Assembly (NCBI GenBank): GCA_020629695.1
Contig: JAHDCV010000002.1
Span: forward strand, 37,895 to 98,243
Source: Acidimicrobiales bacterium
GTDB lineage: Bacteria; Actinomycetota; Acidimicrobiia; Acidimicrobiales; SZUA-35
Direction: 5' to 3'
DNA: 60,349 bases
The notes beneath the pieces were generated by a model that had not been told where the DNA came from, did not search any database, and saw nothing but the letters and a program-made list of their open reading frames with translations. This document shows positions 1 to 8,822 of the stretch, piece by piece. A program made the translations under genes and the position numbers. Within the stretch, counting starts at the first letter, position 1. The number at the start of each line of letters is the position of its first letter.

Positions 1-78
1 GGAACCGGCGAAGACACCGGAACCGGCGAAGACACCGGAACCGGCGAAGACACCGGAACCGGCGAAGACACCGAGGCC
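1..78. repeat. 18-bp perfect tandem repeat, about 4 copies
   Basis: ggaaccggcgaagacacc repeated head-to-tail from position 1. Confidence 0.8.
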
Positions 79-159
79 GACCCCGATCCCGAGATCGACG
101 ACGCCTCGGCTCAGACCTCGAGTTCGGAGATCGAAGGCATCACGGTTCCGGAGCCGTAA
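1..159 (+). CDS. 3' end of an upstream CDS (partial; starts outside the window): acidic low-complexity tail with 4 tandem GTGEDT hexapeptide repeats
   Basis: Frame 1 reads GTGEDT x4 then EADPDPEIDDASAQTSSSEIEGITVPEP and a TAA stop at about 157-159. The DNA is a perfect 18-bp tandem repeat (ggaaccggcgaagacacc) in 1-72. It overlaps the convergent enoyl-CoA hydratase end by about 50 nt. It may be a repeat-driven artefact. Confidence 0.3.
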   Translation, partial: GTGEDTGTGEDTGTGEDTGTGEDTEADPDPEIDDASAQTSSSEIEGITVPEP

Positions 160-947
160 GCGGCGAACGCCGGATCGCGCTTCTCGACGAAGCTGTCGAC
201 GCCTTCGACGAAGTCCTCACCCTCCAACGACGCTCGCATCAACACGACCGATTCGTCGACCGCGGCCTGGAGTGGCATCCGTGGGTGCCGGTAGATCTGC
301 GCCTTCATGGTCGCCATCGACGACGGCGACACCTTCGCGCCCAGATCGGCGGCGTAGGCGAGGGTGCGGTCGAGCAACCGATCGGCCTCGACGACCTCGT
401 TCACGAGGCCGAGCCGCTCGGCCTCCTCGGCGAGCACGACCCGCCCCGAGACGAGCAGATCGAAGGCGCGGGCGGTTCCGACGAGATTGGGAAGGAGCCA
501 CGAGCTGCCGTACTCCGCGATCAGGCCGCGTCGGGAGAAGGCGGCGGTGAACTTCGCCCCTGAGGCTGCGAACCGCAGATCACAGGAGAGCGCCAACACG
601 AGCCCGAGCCCGGCACAGGCGCCATTGACGGCGGCGATCACCGGTTTCGGCAGCGTCGTGGCGTGATGGGGCTGACGACGCTCGGAGCGCTCCTCGACAC
701 CGGCACCACCGGTGTCCCCCAGATCCTGCAGGGTCGACATGTCCGCCCCGGCGCAGAAGCCCCGCCCGCTCCCGGTCACCACGATCACCCTCACCCCGGG
801 ATCGGCGACGGCGGCGTCGAGTGCGTCGTAGTAGGCCGTTCCGAGATCCTGGGTCCAGGCGTTCAGCCGATCCGGCCGGTGCAGTGTGATCACCGCGGTG
901 CTGTCGACGCGGTCGACCAGCACGGGCGTTTCGTCGGTTGCGGACAT
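111..947 (-). CDS. echA: enoyl-CoA hydratase/isomerase (crotonase family), 278 aa
   Basis: Starts MSATDETPVLVDRVDSTAVITLHRPDRLNAW. Contains GSGRGFCAGADM and the oxyanion-hole region AAVNGACAGLGLVLALSCDLR. The ORF-track 666-aa minus-strand ORF is only real from this ATG (frame arithmetic gives 947). Confidence 0.85.
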   Translation of the reverse strand: MSATDETPVLVDRVDSTAVITLHRPDRLNAWTQDLGTAYYDALDAAVADPGVRVIVVTGSGRGFCAGADMSTLQDLGDTGGAGVEERSERRQPHHATTLPKPVIAAVNGACAGLGLVLALSCDLRFAASGAKFTAAFSRRGLIAEYGSSWLLPNLVGTARAFDLLVSGRVVLAEEAERLGLVNEVVEADRLLDRTLAYAADLGAKVSPSSMATMKAQIYRHPRMPLQAAVDESVVLMRASLEGEDFVEGVDSFVEKRDPAFAAYGSGTVMPSISELEV

Positions 948-1109
948 GTGGCACCCCTTCACTCGTAGGGCGACGACCTTAGGGACACGGGATCCTCGGC
1001 GACAGTCCGGCCCGTCGACCGTGCGCCTGTCGGCGAGCTGGTCTGGGAGGTTGCCGCAGCACGTGTCTATGCTCCCCGCCGGACCGTTCCCCACCTCTGG
1101 AGCCTTCAC

Positions 1110-2012
1110 ATGACCGCAGATCTCGGATTCGACGGCAAGGTCGCCATCGTCACCGGCGCAGGCGGCGGCCTCGGCCGCGAGCACGCACTCGAGTTCGCCC
1201 GCCGTGGCGCCCGGGTCGTCGTGAACGATCTCGGTGGAGCCGTCGACGGCTCCGGCGGCTCGGTCACGGCGGCGGAGGCCGTGGTGGCGGAGATCGAGGC
1301 GCTCGGTGGCGAAGCCGTCGCCAATGGCGACTCGGTCGCCACCGAGGCGGGCGGTAAGGCCATCGTGCAGTCGGCGATCGACGCCTTCGACCGCGTCGAC
1401 ATCATCGTCAACAACGCCGGCATCCTCCGCGACAAGACCTTCCACAAGATGACCGACGCCGAGCTGTCGGCCGTCATCGACGTCCATCTCAAGGGTGCGT
1501 TCTACGTGACCATGCCCGCGTGGACGCTCTTCCGCGAGCAGGGCTATGGCCGGGTGATCAACACCTCGTCGAACTCCGGCCTCACCGGCAACTTCGGGCA
1601 GGCCAACTACGGCGCCGCCAAGATGGGTCTCGTCGGCTTCACCCGGGTGCTGGCCGCCGAGGGTGCGAAGTACAACATCAAGGTCAACGCCATCGCGCCC
1701 GTCGCCAAGACCCGGATGACCGAGGATCTGCTCGGCCCGATGGCCGACACGCTCAACCCCGAGTTCGTGACCCCCGTGGTCGTCTACCTCGCCCACGAGT
1801 CGTGCGAGACGACCGGTTCGGTCTACTCCGCAGCCGGCGGCACCATCGCCCGATACTTCATCGGACTGACCCAGGGCACCCATCGCGGCGCCGACATCAC
1901 AGCCGAGACGGTGCGCGACGACTGGGACGCCATCAACGACGAGACGGACTACATCGTGCCGGGCGGCCCGGCCGACGAGTTCGGCAAGCTCATGAAGCAG
2001 TGGAACGCCTGA
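1110..2012 (+). CDS. short-chain dehydrogenase/reductase of the MFE-2 / 17beta-HSD4 (Hsd4A-like) 3-hydroxyacyl-CoA dehydrogenase type
   Basis: Rossmann motif VAIVTGAGGGLGREHAL, NNAGI, and the S..YGAAK catalytic triad context (SSNSGLTGNFGQANYGAAKMGL). 300 aa. Confidence 0.85.
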   Translation: MTADLGFDGKVAIVTGAGGGLGREHALEFARRGARVVVNDLGGAVDGSGGSVTAAEAVVAEIEALGGEAVANGDSVATEAGGKAIVQSAIDAFDRVDIIVNNAGILRDKTFHKMTDAELSAVIDVHLKGAFYVTMPAWTLFREQGYGRVINTSSNSGLTGNFGQANYGAAKMGLVGFTRVLAAEGAKYNIKVNAIAPVAKTRMTEDLLGPMADTLNPEFVTPVVVYLAHESCETTGSVYSAAGGTIARYFIGLTQGTHRGADITAETVRDDWDAINDETDYIVPGGPADEFGKLMKQWNA

Positions 2013-2042
2013 GCGTTCGACCGCACATCTGACCGTCACCGG

Positions 2043-2067
2043 CATCGGCGCCCTCGGGGCGCCGATG
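2043..2067. terminator. bidirectional hairpin between convergent genes (10-bp perfect inverted repeat, 5-nt loop)
   Basis: CATCGGCGCC-ctcgg-GGCGCCGATG between the SDR stop (2012) and the crotonase stop (2080). No U-tract was checked. Confidence 0.5.
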
Positions 2068-2079
2068 TCGCGTCCGGCC

Positions 2080-2874
2080 TCAGGTCGGGAAGGTGCCGCT
2101 GCGACCCTCACCGCCAGCGAACCGGGTCGCCCCTTCGACCGTCTCGCCCGAGGCGATCACGTCGAGCCCCGTGTCGATCTCGAACTGCATCGCCTCGTCA
2201 CCCGGCAACTCCCATTGCGCCAGGGCCGACGCCCGGTCGGATCGCATGCACCGCTGCGGGAACGCCGACAGCGACCGAGCGAGCTCGACCGCCGCATCCA
2301 GTGCGTGCCCCGGAGCGACCACACGGTTCACCAGACCGATGCGCTCGGCCTCGGTGCCGTCGATCCCCCGACCGGTCAGGATCAGGTCGATCGCCCGCGA
2401 CTGGCCGATCAGGCGCGGCAACCGCACCGTGCCACCGTCCACCAACGGCACACCGAAACGGCGGCAGTAGACCCCGAGCGTCGCGTCCTGGGCGGCGACC
2501 CGGAGGTCGCACCAGAGTGCGAGTTCGAGACCGCCGGCGACCGCCGGACCTTCGATCGCGGCGATCACCGGTTTGGTCAGACGCATCCGGGTCGGACCCA
2601 TCGGACCGGGACGGGCGAGGTCGGCCGACATCACGTTGCCCGCACCCGTGCTGATGGCGCCCAGATCCGCTCCGGCGCAGAACGCACCGCCGGCGCCGGT
2701 CAGCACGGCGACATCGACCGAGTCATCGGCGTCGAAGTCGGCGAAGGCGGCCTCGAGCTGCGCGGCCGTCGACCGATCGACGGCATTGCGGACCTCGAAG
2801 CGGTCGATCGTGACGATCCGGACCCGATCGGCGGTCTGGGTCGTCACGGTGGTCGGGGCGTCGGGATCGCTCAT
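2080..2874 (-). CDS. enoyl-CoA hydratase/isomerase (crotonase family), 264 aa
   Basis: Starts MSDPDAPTTV. Contains LTGAGGAFCAGADL and AAIEGPAVAGGLELALWCDLRV. The upstream part of the ORF-track ORF (to 3426) is out-of-gene read-through. Confidence 0.85.
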   Translation of the reverse strand: MSDPDAPTTVTTQTADRVRIVTIDRFEVRNAVDRSTAAQLEAAFADFDADDSVDVAVLTGAGGAFCAGADLGAISTGAGNVMSADLARPGPMGPTRMRLTKPVIAAIEGPAVAGGLELALWCDLRVAAQDATLGVYCRRFGVPLVDGGTVRLPRLIGQSRAIDLILTGRGIDGTEAERIGLVNRVVAPGHALDAAVELARSLSAFPQRCMRSDRASALAQWELPGDEAMQFEIDTGLDVIASGETVEGATRFAGGEGRSGTFPT

Positions 2875-2952
2875 GGCGCCGAGCTTGCCAAGCAGCGATC
2901 GGTCACACCAGACGCAGTGCACGAGACCGAGGACGTGCCCGGTGGAGTTAGC

Positions 2953-3498
2953 GTGGCCGGTGTGACCCGCCTCGGCTCGCTGTTCGCCCACTTCGAGCAG
3001 TTCGACCGGACCGTGGACGGCTGGTTCGACCCGGTCCGCGGCAACCCGACGTTCGATCGCGTCGCCTTCCTGGCCAGCGAACTCGCCGACCATTCCATGG
3101 CCTGGCACATCTCGAGTCTCGGCCGAGCGCTCGTGCAACCGTCGTTCGAGCGGGAAGCCGTGCGACTCGCCGTGGCACTCGGCGTCGAGTCCGCGCTGGT
3201 GAACGGGGTGATGAAGCCACTCATCGATCGCCCGAGACCGGATGGCTGGGAGGATGTCGCTCCCGATGTCCGCCGGCCGAAGACCGCGAGCTTCCCGTCG
3301 GGCCACTCCTCCTCCGCCGCCCTCAACGCGATGTTGATGACGGCGGCGCCGCCGCCGCTCCGCCCGCTGTGGTGGGGCGTCACGGGACTGGTCGCCGCTT
3401 CGCGGATCTACAACCGGATGCATCACCCCTCCGACGTGGTCGTCGGACTCGCGATCGGCGTCGGACTCGGCCGTCTCGCCCGACGACTGCCGTCCTGA
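2953..3498 (+). CDS. PAP2-family phosphatase (short form)
   Basis: The three PAP2 motifs are present: KPLIDRPRP, PSGHS and SRIYNRMHHPSDV. The start is a GTG at 2953 or 2962. The upstream part of the 477-aa ORF lies antisense to the crotonase and is judged spurious. Confidence 0.65.
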   Translation: MAGVTRLGSLFAHFEQFDRTVDGWFDPVRGNPTFDRVAFLASELADHSMAWHISSLGRALVQPSFEREAVRLAVALGVESALVNGVMKPLIDRPRPDGWEDVAPDVRRPKTASFPSGHSSSAALNAMLMTAAPPPLRPLWWGVTGLVAASRIYNRMHHPSDVVVGLAIGVGLGRLARRLPS

Positions 3499-3588
3499 TC
3501 CCCCCCCGAACTCCGGCGGCCGCTCGCTCGTCCGCGACCCGTCGGCTCACTGGGGTCACCGTTCCGACCACGAACTAGCGTCGCCGAC

Positions 3589-4560
3589 GTGCCGACCGGA
3601 CTCACCACCGCCTCGTTCACCGCCCTCGGGCTCGACACGGTGCGCGCCGCTGCGCAGCGTGCCATCGATCTCGGGACCGACTCCGTCTGGGCCGCGGAGA
3701 CGACGGGGCCCGAGGCCTTCACGCTGCTCGCCGCGCTCGGAAACGGTTCGGTCGGCCTCGGCACCGGGGTGGTGCCGATCCAACTCCGCACACCGCAGAC
3801 GGTCGCCATGGCCGCTGCGACGCTCCAGGCCCTCAATCCGGACGCAGACATCTGGGTCGGCATCGGCATGTCGTCGCCCATCATCACCGAACGCTGGCAC
3901 GGCACCGAACACGGCGATCGACCGATCGCCAGGATCCGCGAGTACGTCGAGCTGCTCCGGGCCTGCTGGTCCGGTGAACCCGTCGACCACCGGGGCGAGT
4001 TCTTCTCCGCTCGTGGCTTCCGCCTCGGCGTCCGGCTGGGCGAGCGTCGCCCGAAGGTGGTCCTCGCGGCGCTCGGACCGAAGATGTTGGAACTCGGCGG
4101 CGAGATCGCCGATGCCGTCCTCCTGAACTACCTCCCGCCCGCCCACGTTCCCTGGTCGGTCGAGAGGGTCCGGGCCGGTGGAGACGCCCGGATCCAGGCC
4201 TATGTCCACCTCGGCCTCGGTGAACGCACGCCCGATACGGATCGACTCGCGCGTCGCGACCTCTTCGGCTACGCGTCGGCCGATGCATACCGGGCGAGCT
4301 TCCGCCTCGCCGGCTTCGATGACGAGATGGACGCGTTCGAGATCGCGAAGTCGGCGCGCGATCGTGACGGCCAGATGGCGGCCATCAGCGACCGGATGAT
4401 CGACGAGATCGACACCATCGGCGACGAAACCCGCCTGCGCAGTGCGCTCGATGCCTATCGCTCCGCAGGTGTCGACGATCCGATCGTCATGCCGCTGCCG
4501 TGGGGTGAGGACCGACGACAGGTGCTGTTCGACACCATCGAGGCCACCCAAGGCGTCTGA
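3589..4560 (+). CDS. LLM-class (luciferase-like) F420-dependent oxidoreductase
   Basis: 323 aa with a GTG start. Typical LLM/F420 fold signature with conserved TIM-barrel segments (VWAAETTG, LGTGVVPI, LALGP). Confidence 0.7.
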   Translation: MPTGLTTASFTALGLDTVRAAAQRAIDLGTDSVWAAETTGPEAFTLLAALGNGSVGLGTGVVPIQLRTPQTVAMAAATLQALNPDADIWVGIGMSSPIITERWHGTEHGDRPIARIREYVELLRACWSGEPVDHRGEFFSARGFRLGVRLGERRPKVVLAALGPKMLELGGEIADAVLLNYLPPAHVPWSVERVRAGGDARIQAYVHLGLGERTPDTDRLARRDLFGYASADAYRASFRLAGFDDEMDAFEIAKSARDRDGQMAAISDRMIDEIDTIGDETRLRSALDAYRSAGVDDPIVMPLPWGEDRRQVLFDTIEATQGV

Positions 4561-4574
4561 TCGGCGCAGCGCCG

Positions 4575-5276
4575 ATGACCCTCAGCGCGAGCGAACCGAC
4601 CCCGCCGATTCTCAAGGGGGCGACCGACCAGGCCGAAGCCCTCAACACGACCATGTCCAGTCCGTCGCGGCGCGCTTCGCTCCTGAATCCCTGGACCACG
4701 CTCGGGGTGGCCCTGATCGTGGTGGCGATCGGGCTGCTCGTGAACGCCCAACGGGCGGGGAGCGACATCGGTGTACCGGGCGCTCCACCGGCGGCGCTCG
4801 TCCTCGACGGAGCACCGGTCGTGTACGACGACGACGAGATCGAGGCCATGGCGGCGCCCGCTCTGGCCGCGATCGACTACGACTGGCCGACCCACCTCGC
4901 GGGCTGGCGGATCGAGTTCACCCGTGGCGAGGGCCGCGTGGCGGGCTACACGTGGTCGCGGGAGCAGCGGATCCAGATCTTCATCCGGCCCAGCACGACC
5001 ACGGCGAACCTGCCGCGCGTGATCGCCCACGAACTTGGCCATGCGGTCGACGTGACGCTCAACGACGCCGAGGACCGCCGCCGCTGGATCGAGCTCCGGG
5101 GCTTCACCGCTCCGTGGTGGCCCGATTCCGGGGCCGCCGACTTCGCCACGGGCGCCGGCGACTTCGCCGAGTCGTTCGCGATCTGGCAGGCGCCGACGTC
5201 GGACTTCCGGTCCGAGATCGGGGATCCTCCAGACGCGGAGGCGTTCGAGTTGATGGCGGAGTTGTCCACCGACTGA
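4575..5276 (+). CDS. membrane-anchored HExxH (zincin-like) metallopeptidase-like protein, hypothetical
   Basis: One N-terminal TM helix (TLGVALIVVAIGLLV). A VIAHELGHAVDVT zinc-binding motif with a downstream E/D. No family assigned. Confidence 0.5.
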   Translation: MTLSASEPTPPILKGATDQAEALNTTMSSPSRRASLLNPWTTLGVALIVVAIGLLVNAQRAGSDIGVPGAPPAALVLDGAPVVYDDDEIEAMAAPALAAIDYDWPTHLAGWRIEFTRGEGRVAGYTWSREQRIQIFIRPSTTTANLPRVIAHELGHAVDVTLNDAEDRRRWIELRGFTAPWWPDSGAADFATGAGDFAESFAIWQAPTSDFRSEIGDPPDAEAFELMAELSTD

Positions 5277-5332
5277 CACAGATCGCGGCACCGGGCCACC
5301 GGAGCCGGGGTGGAGTCTGCGAAGCTGGGGGG

Positions 5333-7741
5333 ATGAGTGACGCAACACCCCTCGAGAAGCCGGCCGGCCATCTGCACCTCGGTGAGGAACTGCACGACGG
5401 CGAACGATCGGGCACGCCGATCCTGCTCGACTCGGCCGACCTGACGACCCACGGGGTGATCGTCGGCATGACGGGCTCCGGCAAGACCGGTCTGGGTGTC
5501 GTGTTGCTCGAGGAGGCGCTGCTCGCCGGCATCCCCGTGCTGGCGCTCGACCCGAAGGGCGACCTCGGCAACCTCGCGCTGACCTTCGGTGACCTGGACG
5601 CCGCGTCGTTCGAGCCGTGGATGGATGCCGGCACGGCACGGGTCGAGGGCACCGACGTCGCCGGTCTGGCCGAGACGACGGCGGAACGATGGACGAAGGG
5701 ATTGGCCGGCTGGGGACTCGAGGGCGACGACGTGGCCCATCTCGGCTACGCCGCATCCCCCGTCATCTACACCCCCGGCTCCGACGCCGGAATCCCGCTC
5801 GATGTGCTCGGCAAGCTCACCGTGCCGGCCGTCGACGATCCCCAGGACGAGATCGACGCCACCGTCGCCGGCCTCCTGCAGCTCGTCGGTGTCGACTCCG
5901 ATCCGCTGTCGGGTCGCGAACACATCCTGTTGGCGAACCTCATCGCCCGATCCTGGAACGACGGCATCGACCTGGACATGCCGACGCTGCTCGGGCAGAT
6001 CCTCGATCCGCCGATCCGGAAACTCGGCGTGCTCGATCTCGAGACCTTCTATCCCGCAGCCGACCGCCAGAAGCTCGTGATGAAGCTCAACGGATTGCTC
6101 GCTTCGCCGTCCTTCGCCGCCTGGGCGGAGGGAGCACCGCTCGACATCGCCTCGATGCTCTGGGACGGTGCCGGCAACGCCCGGGCCGCCGTGGTCTCGA
6201 TGTCCCACCTCGACGACAGCGAACGGCAGTTCACCGTCACGATGGTGCTCTCCAAGCTCATCTCCTGGATGCGGACCCAACCGGGTACGTCACAACTCCG
6301 CGTGCTGGTCTACATGGACGAGGTCATGGGCCTCGTGCCGCCGGTCGGCAATCCGCCCGCCAAGGGTCCGATTCTCACCCTCCTCAAGCAGGCCCGCGCC
6401 TTCGGTGTCGGCCTGGTGCTCGCCACCCAGAACCCCGTCGACGTCGACTACAAGGCGCTGTCGAACGCCGGCACGTGGATGATCGGCCGGCTCCAGACCG
6501 AGCAGGACAAGAACCGACTCGTCGACGGCCTTCGTTCCGCGGACGGCTCCACCGATCTGGCGCAGGTCGAAGCGACCATCTCCGCGCTGGGCAAGCGGGA
6601 GTTCATGCTCCGGACGACCCGATCGAGCGATCTGCCGAGGTTCACCACCCGGTGGGCGATGTCGTACCTCGCCGGACCTCTCACCAGGGATCAGATCTCG
6701 ACGCTCATGGATCCGAAGCGCGAGGCACTGCTCGCCGGTGGCGCGATCGCCGGCACCGGGTCGACCGCCGGTCCCGTATCGAGCGAACCCGAGCTCGCCG
6801 ACGACGAGTCGACGCTCGCTCCCACCCTGCCCGACGGGCTCGGGTCCAAGTTCGTGCACCCGTCGGCGCCCTGGGCTCGCGAGCTCGGCCTCACCGTCAA
6901 CGGACGCCGACACGTTCCGTACATCGCCGCACGGGTCAACCTGCTGTTCGACGAGACCAAGGCGAAGCTCCGTGAGAACGTGGAGTGGGAAGCACTCATC
7001 CCGTTCGGCTCGAACGGGCCCGACCTCGACGAGTTGGTCGAGGTCGACTACGACGATCGTGATCTCGTCGACGAACCCACGTCGGCAGACGTCGCCTATG
7101 TCATCGATGGCGTCGACCTGACCAAGACCGACCTCACCACCCTCCAGCGCGAGCTGAAAGCCCGGCTCCACCGGACCGAGATGCTGACGCTCCAGGTCAA
7201 TCCGGAGCTCAAGCTCTACAGCCGGCCGGGTGAGGCCGCCGACACCTTCGCCGCCCGCTGCGACGCCGCCGCGTCCGACGCGGCCGACGCCGAGGCGGAG
7301 AAACTCCGGGCCAAACTCGAGACCAAGACGGAGCGGGTCCAGGCCGCCCTCGCAAAAGCCGAGGACCGAGTCGAGGAGCTCGAGGTGCAGACGAAGGGCC
7401 GCGAGCGCGAGCAGTGGCTGCGGGTCGGCGGGTCCGTGCTCGGCGGGCTGCTCGGCAGCCGACGATCGGCTCGCGGCCTCGCCTCGGCGGCACGCGGTGT
7501 CGCGAGCGGTCAGCGGCAGAAGGCCGCGGCCGAGACCCGTCTGGAGTCCGCCAAGAATCGGGTGATGGAGAAGATCGACGAGCTCGAGGACCTCGAACTC
7601 GAGCTCGGCGAGGCACTCATCGAGATCGACGACGAGTGGACCGAGAAGGCCACCGCCATCGAGTCGTTCGAGGTGCCGCTGGAGAAGACCGACATCACGG
7701 TCGACGATCTCTGCGTGGTCTGGGTCTCGACCGACGGCTGA
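5333..7741 (+). CDS. HerA-like / DUF853 (YjgR-type) P-loop ATPase with a C-terminal coiled-coil extension, 802 aa
   Basis: The 1099-aa ORF-track ORF is real only from the ATG at 5333 (MSDATPLEKP). Walker A is GMTGSGKTGL; Walker B region is LRVLVYMDEV; the ATQNPVDVD segment is typical of HerA/FtsK-like DUF853. Residues about 620-760 are heptad-rich (AEAEKLRAKLETKTERVQAALAKAEDRVEELE...). Confidence 0.75.
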   Translation: MSDATPLEKPAGHLHLGEELHDGERSGTPILLDSADLTTHGVIVGMTGSGKTGLGVVLLEEALLAGIPVLALDPKGDLGNLALTFGDLDAASFEPWMDAGTARVEGTDVAGLAETTAERWTKGLAGWGLEGDDVAHLGYAASPVIYTPGSDAGIPLDVLGKLTVPAVDDPQDEIDATVAGLLQLVGVDSDPLSGREHILLANLIARSWNDGIDLDMPTLLGQILDPPIRKLGVLDLETFYPAADRQKLVMKLNGLLASPSFAAWAEGAPLDIASMLWDGAGNARAAVVSMSHLDDSERQFTVTMVLSKLISWMRTQPGTSQLRVLVYMDEVMGLVPPVGNPPAKGPILTLLKQARAFGVGLVLATQNPVDVDYKALSNAGTWMIGRLQTEQDKNRLVDGLRSADGSTDLAQVEATISALGKREFMLRTTRSSDLPRFTTRWAMSYLAGPLTRDQISTLMDPKREALLAGGAIAGTGSTAGPVSSEPELADDESTLAPTLPDGLGSKFVHPSAPWARELGLTVNGRRHVPYIAARVNLLFDETKAKLRENVEWEALIPFGSNGPDLDELVEVDYDDRDLVDEPTSADVAYVIDGVDLTKTDLTTLQRELKARLHRTEMLTLQVNPELKLYSRPGEAADTFAARCDAAASDAADAEAEKLRAKLETKTERVQAALAKAEDRVEELEVQTKGREREQWLRVGGSVLGGLLGSRRSARGLASAARGVASGQRQKAAAETRLESAKNRVMEKIDELEDLELELGEALIEIDDEWTEKATAIESFEVPLEKTDITVDDLCVVWVSTDG

Positions 7742-7765
7742 ACCCGGGGGACGGCCCGCGCCGGG

Positions 7766-8740
7766 TCAGTCCGGGGCGAGGTCCCGGACGGCCTGGATCG
7801 GATCGATTCCACCGAACGGCAGCACGGCGATCGCCGGGGTGTCGACACCGGCGTCGACATAGGCCCGCAGATGTTCCTTGCAGGCCTCCGGCGATCCGTG
7901 GATGACGAGTTCGTCGACGACGGAATCGGGAATCGCGGCGAGTGCGGCCTTGCGGTCGCCGGCGGCCCAGTGATCCCACATGCCCTGGAGACGGTCGCCT
8001 CGGCCGAGCCATCGATGGAACTCCGCGTAGACCGGCACGTTGAGGTAGGCCGCGATCGCGAACTTCGCCTGGGCTCGCACGGTCTCGGCGTCCGGATTGG
8101 GGCAGACGAACAGACGAGCGACGATCTCGGCCGACTTGCCCGCCCCCGCGGCCGCCTCGTGCACGATGGGGGCGACGGTGCGAACATCCTCGGCGGACAA
8201 CCAGTTGATGATCGCGCCGTCCCCCTCCCGACCGGCCAGGCGGAGCATGCCGGGCCGAAGCGCAGCCACGAGGATCGGGGGCTGCTCGGCGACCCGCAGG
8301 CCGAGGCGGAACCCGTTCACCGTGAAGGTGTCGTACTCCTCCTTGACCTTCTCGCCCGACAAGGCGGAACGCAGGAAGCGGACAGTGTCCCGCGTGCGCT
8401 TGTAGGGCTCCTCGAAGGGGATCCCGTTCCAGCGTTCGACGATCACGTTCGACGACGAGCCGAGACCCATCACGAAGCGACCGGGAGCGGCGTCGGCGAG
8501 CGCGGCGACCGACTGGGCCAGGAGCGCCGGACCGCGGGTGAACGCGGGAATGATCGCCACGCCGAGCCGGAGCTCGGGGGCCCAGGCCGCTGCGAGGGCC
8601 AGCGGCGTGAACCCGTCACTGCCATCGGCCTCCGAGGACCAGACGTCGGTGTATCCCAGGTCGACGAGCTCCCGGTAGTGATCCCGGTGCTCACTGAGTG
8701 CGACGCCACCCAGTGGCACGCTCATTCCCCATCGACCCAT
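7766..8740 (-). CDS. LLM-class F420-dependent oxidoreductase
   Basis: Luciferase-like fold. ATG at 8740 (by frame arithmetic) is preceded by GAGGAGG. Confidence 0.7.
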   Translation of the reverse strand: MGRWGMSVPLGGVALSEHRDHYRELVDLGYTDVWSSEADGSDGFTPLALAAAWAPELRLGVAIIPAFTRGPALLAQSVAALADAAPGRFVMGLGSSSNVIVERWNGIPFEEPYKRTRDTVRFLRSALSGEKVKEEYDTFTVNGFRLGLRVAEQPPILVAALRPGMLRLAGREGDGAIINWLSAEDVRTVAPIVHEAAAGAGKSAEIVARLFVCPNPDAETVRAQAKFAIAAYLNVPVYAEFHRWLGRGDRLQGMWDHWAAGDRKAALAAIPDSVVDELVIHGSPEACKEHLRAYVDAGVDTPAIAVLPFGGIDPIQAVRDLAPD

Positions 8741-8822
8741 GTCGCCTCCTCGGCTCGTCCGACTCGGCATCGCCGATGCGGATCCGTCGGCGATCACCGC
8801 CGGACGCCCCGAGTGTCGCGGC

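Noticed and set aside
4442-5332. N-terminal 297 codons of the 1099-aa plus-strand ORF (and the antisense ORFs 4455-5756 and 4946-6280)
   Set aside because: This segment overlaps the well-supported HExxH gene in another frame. The real HerA-like gene begins at the ATG at 5333.
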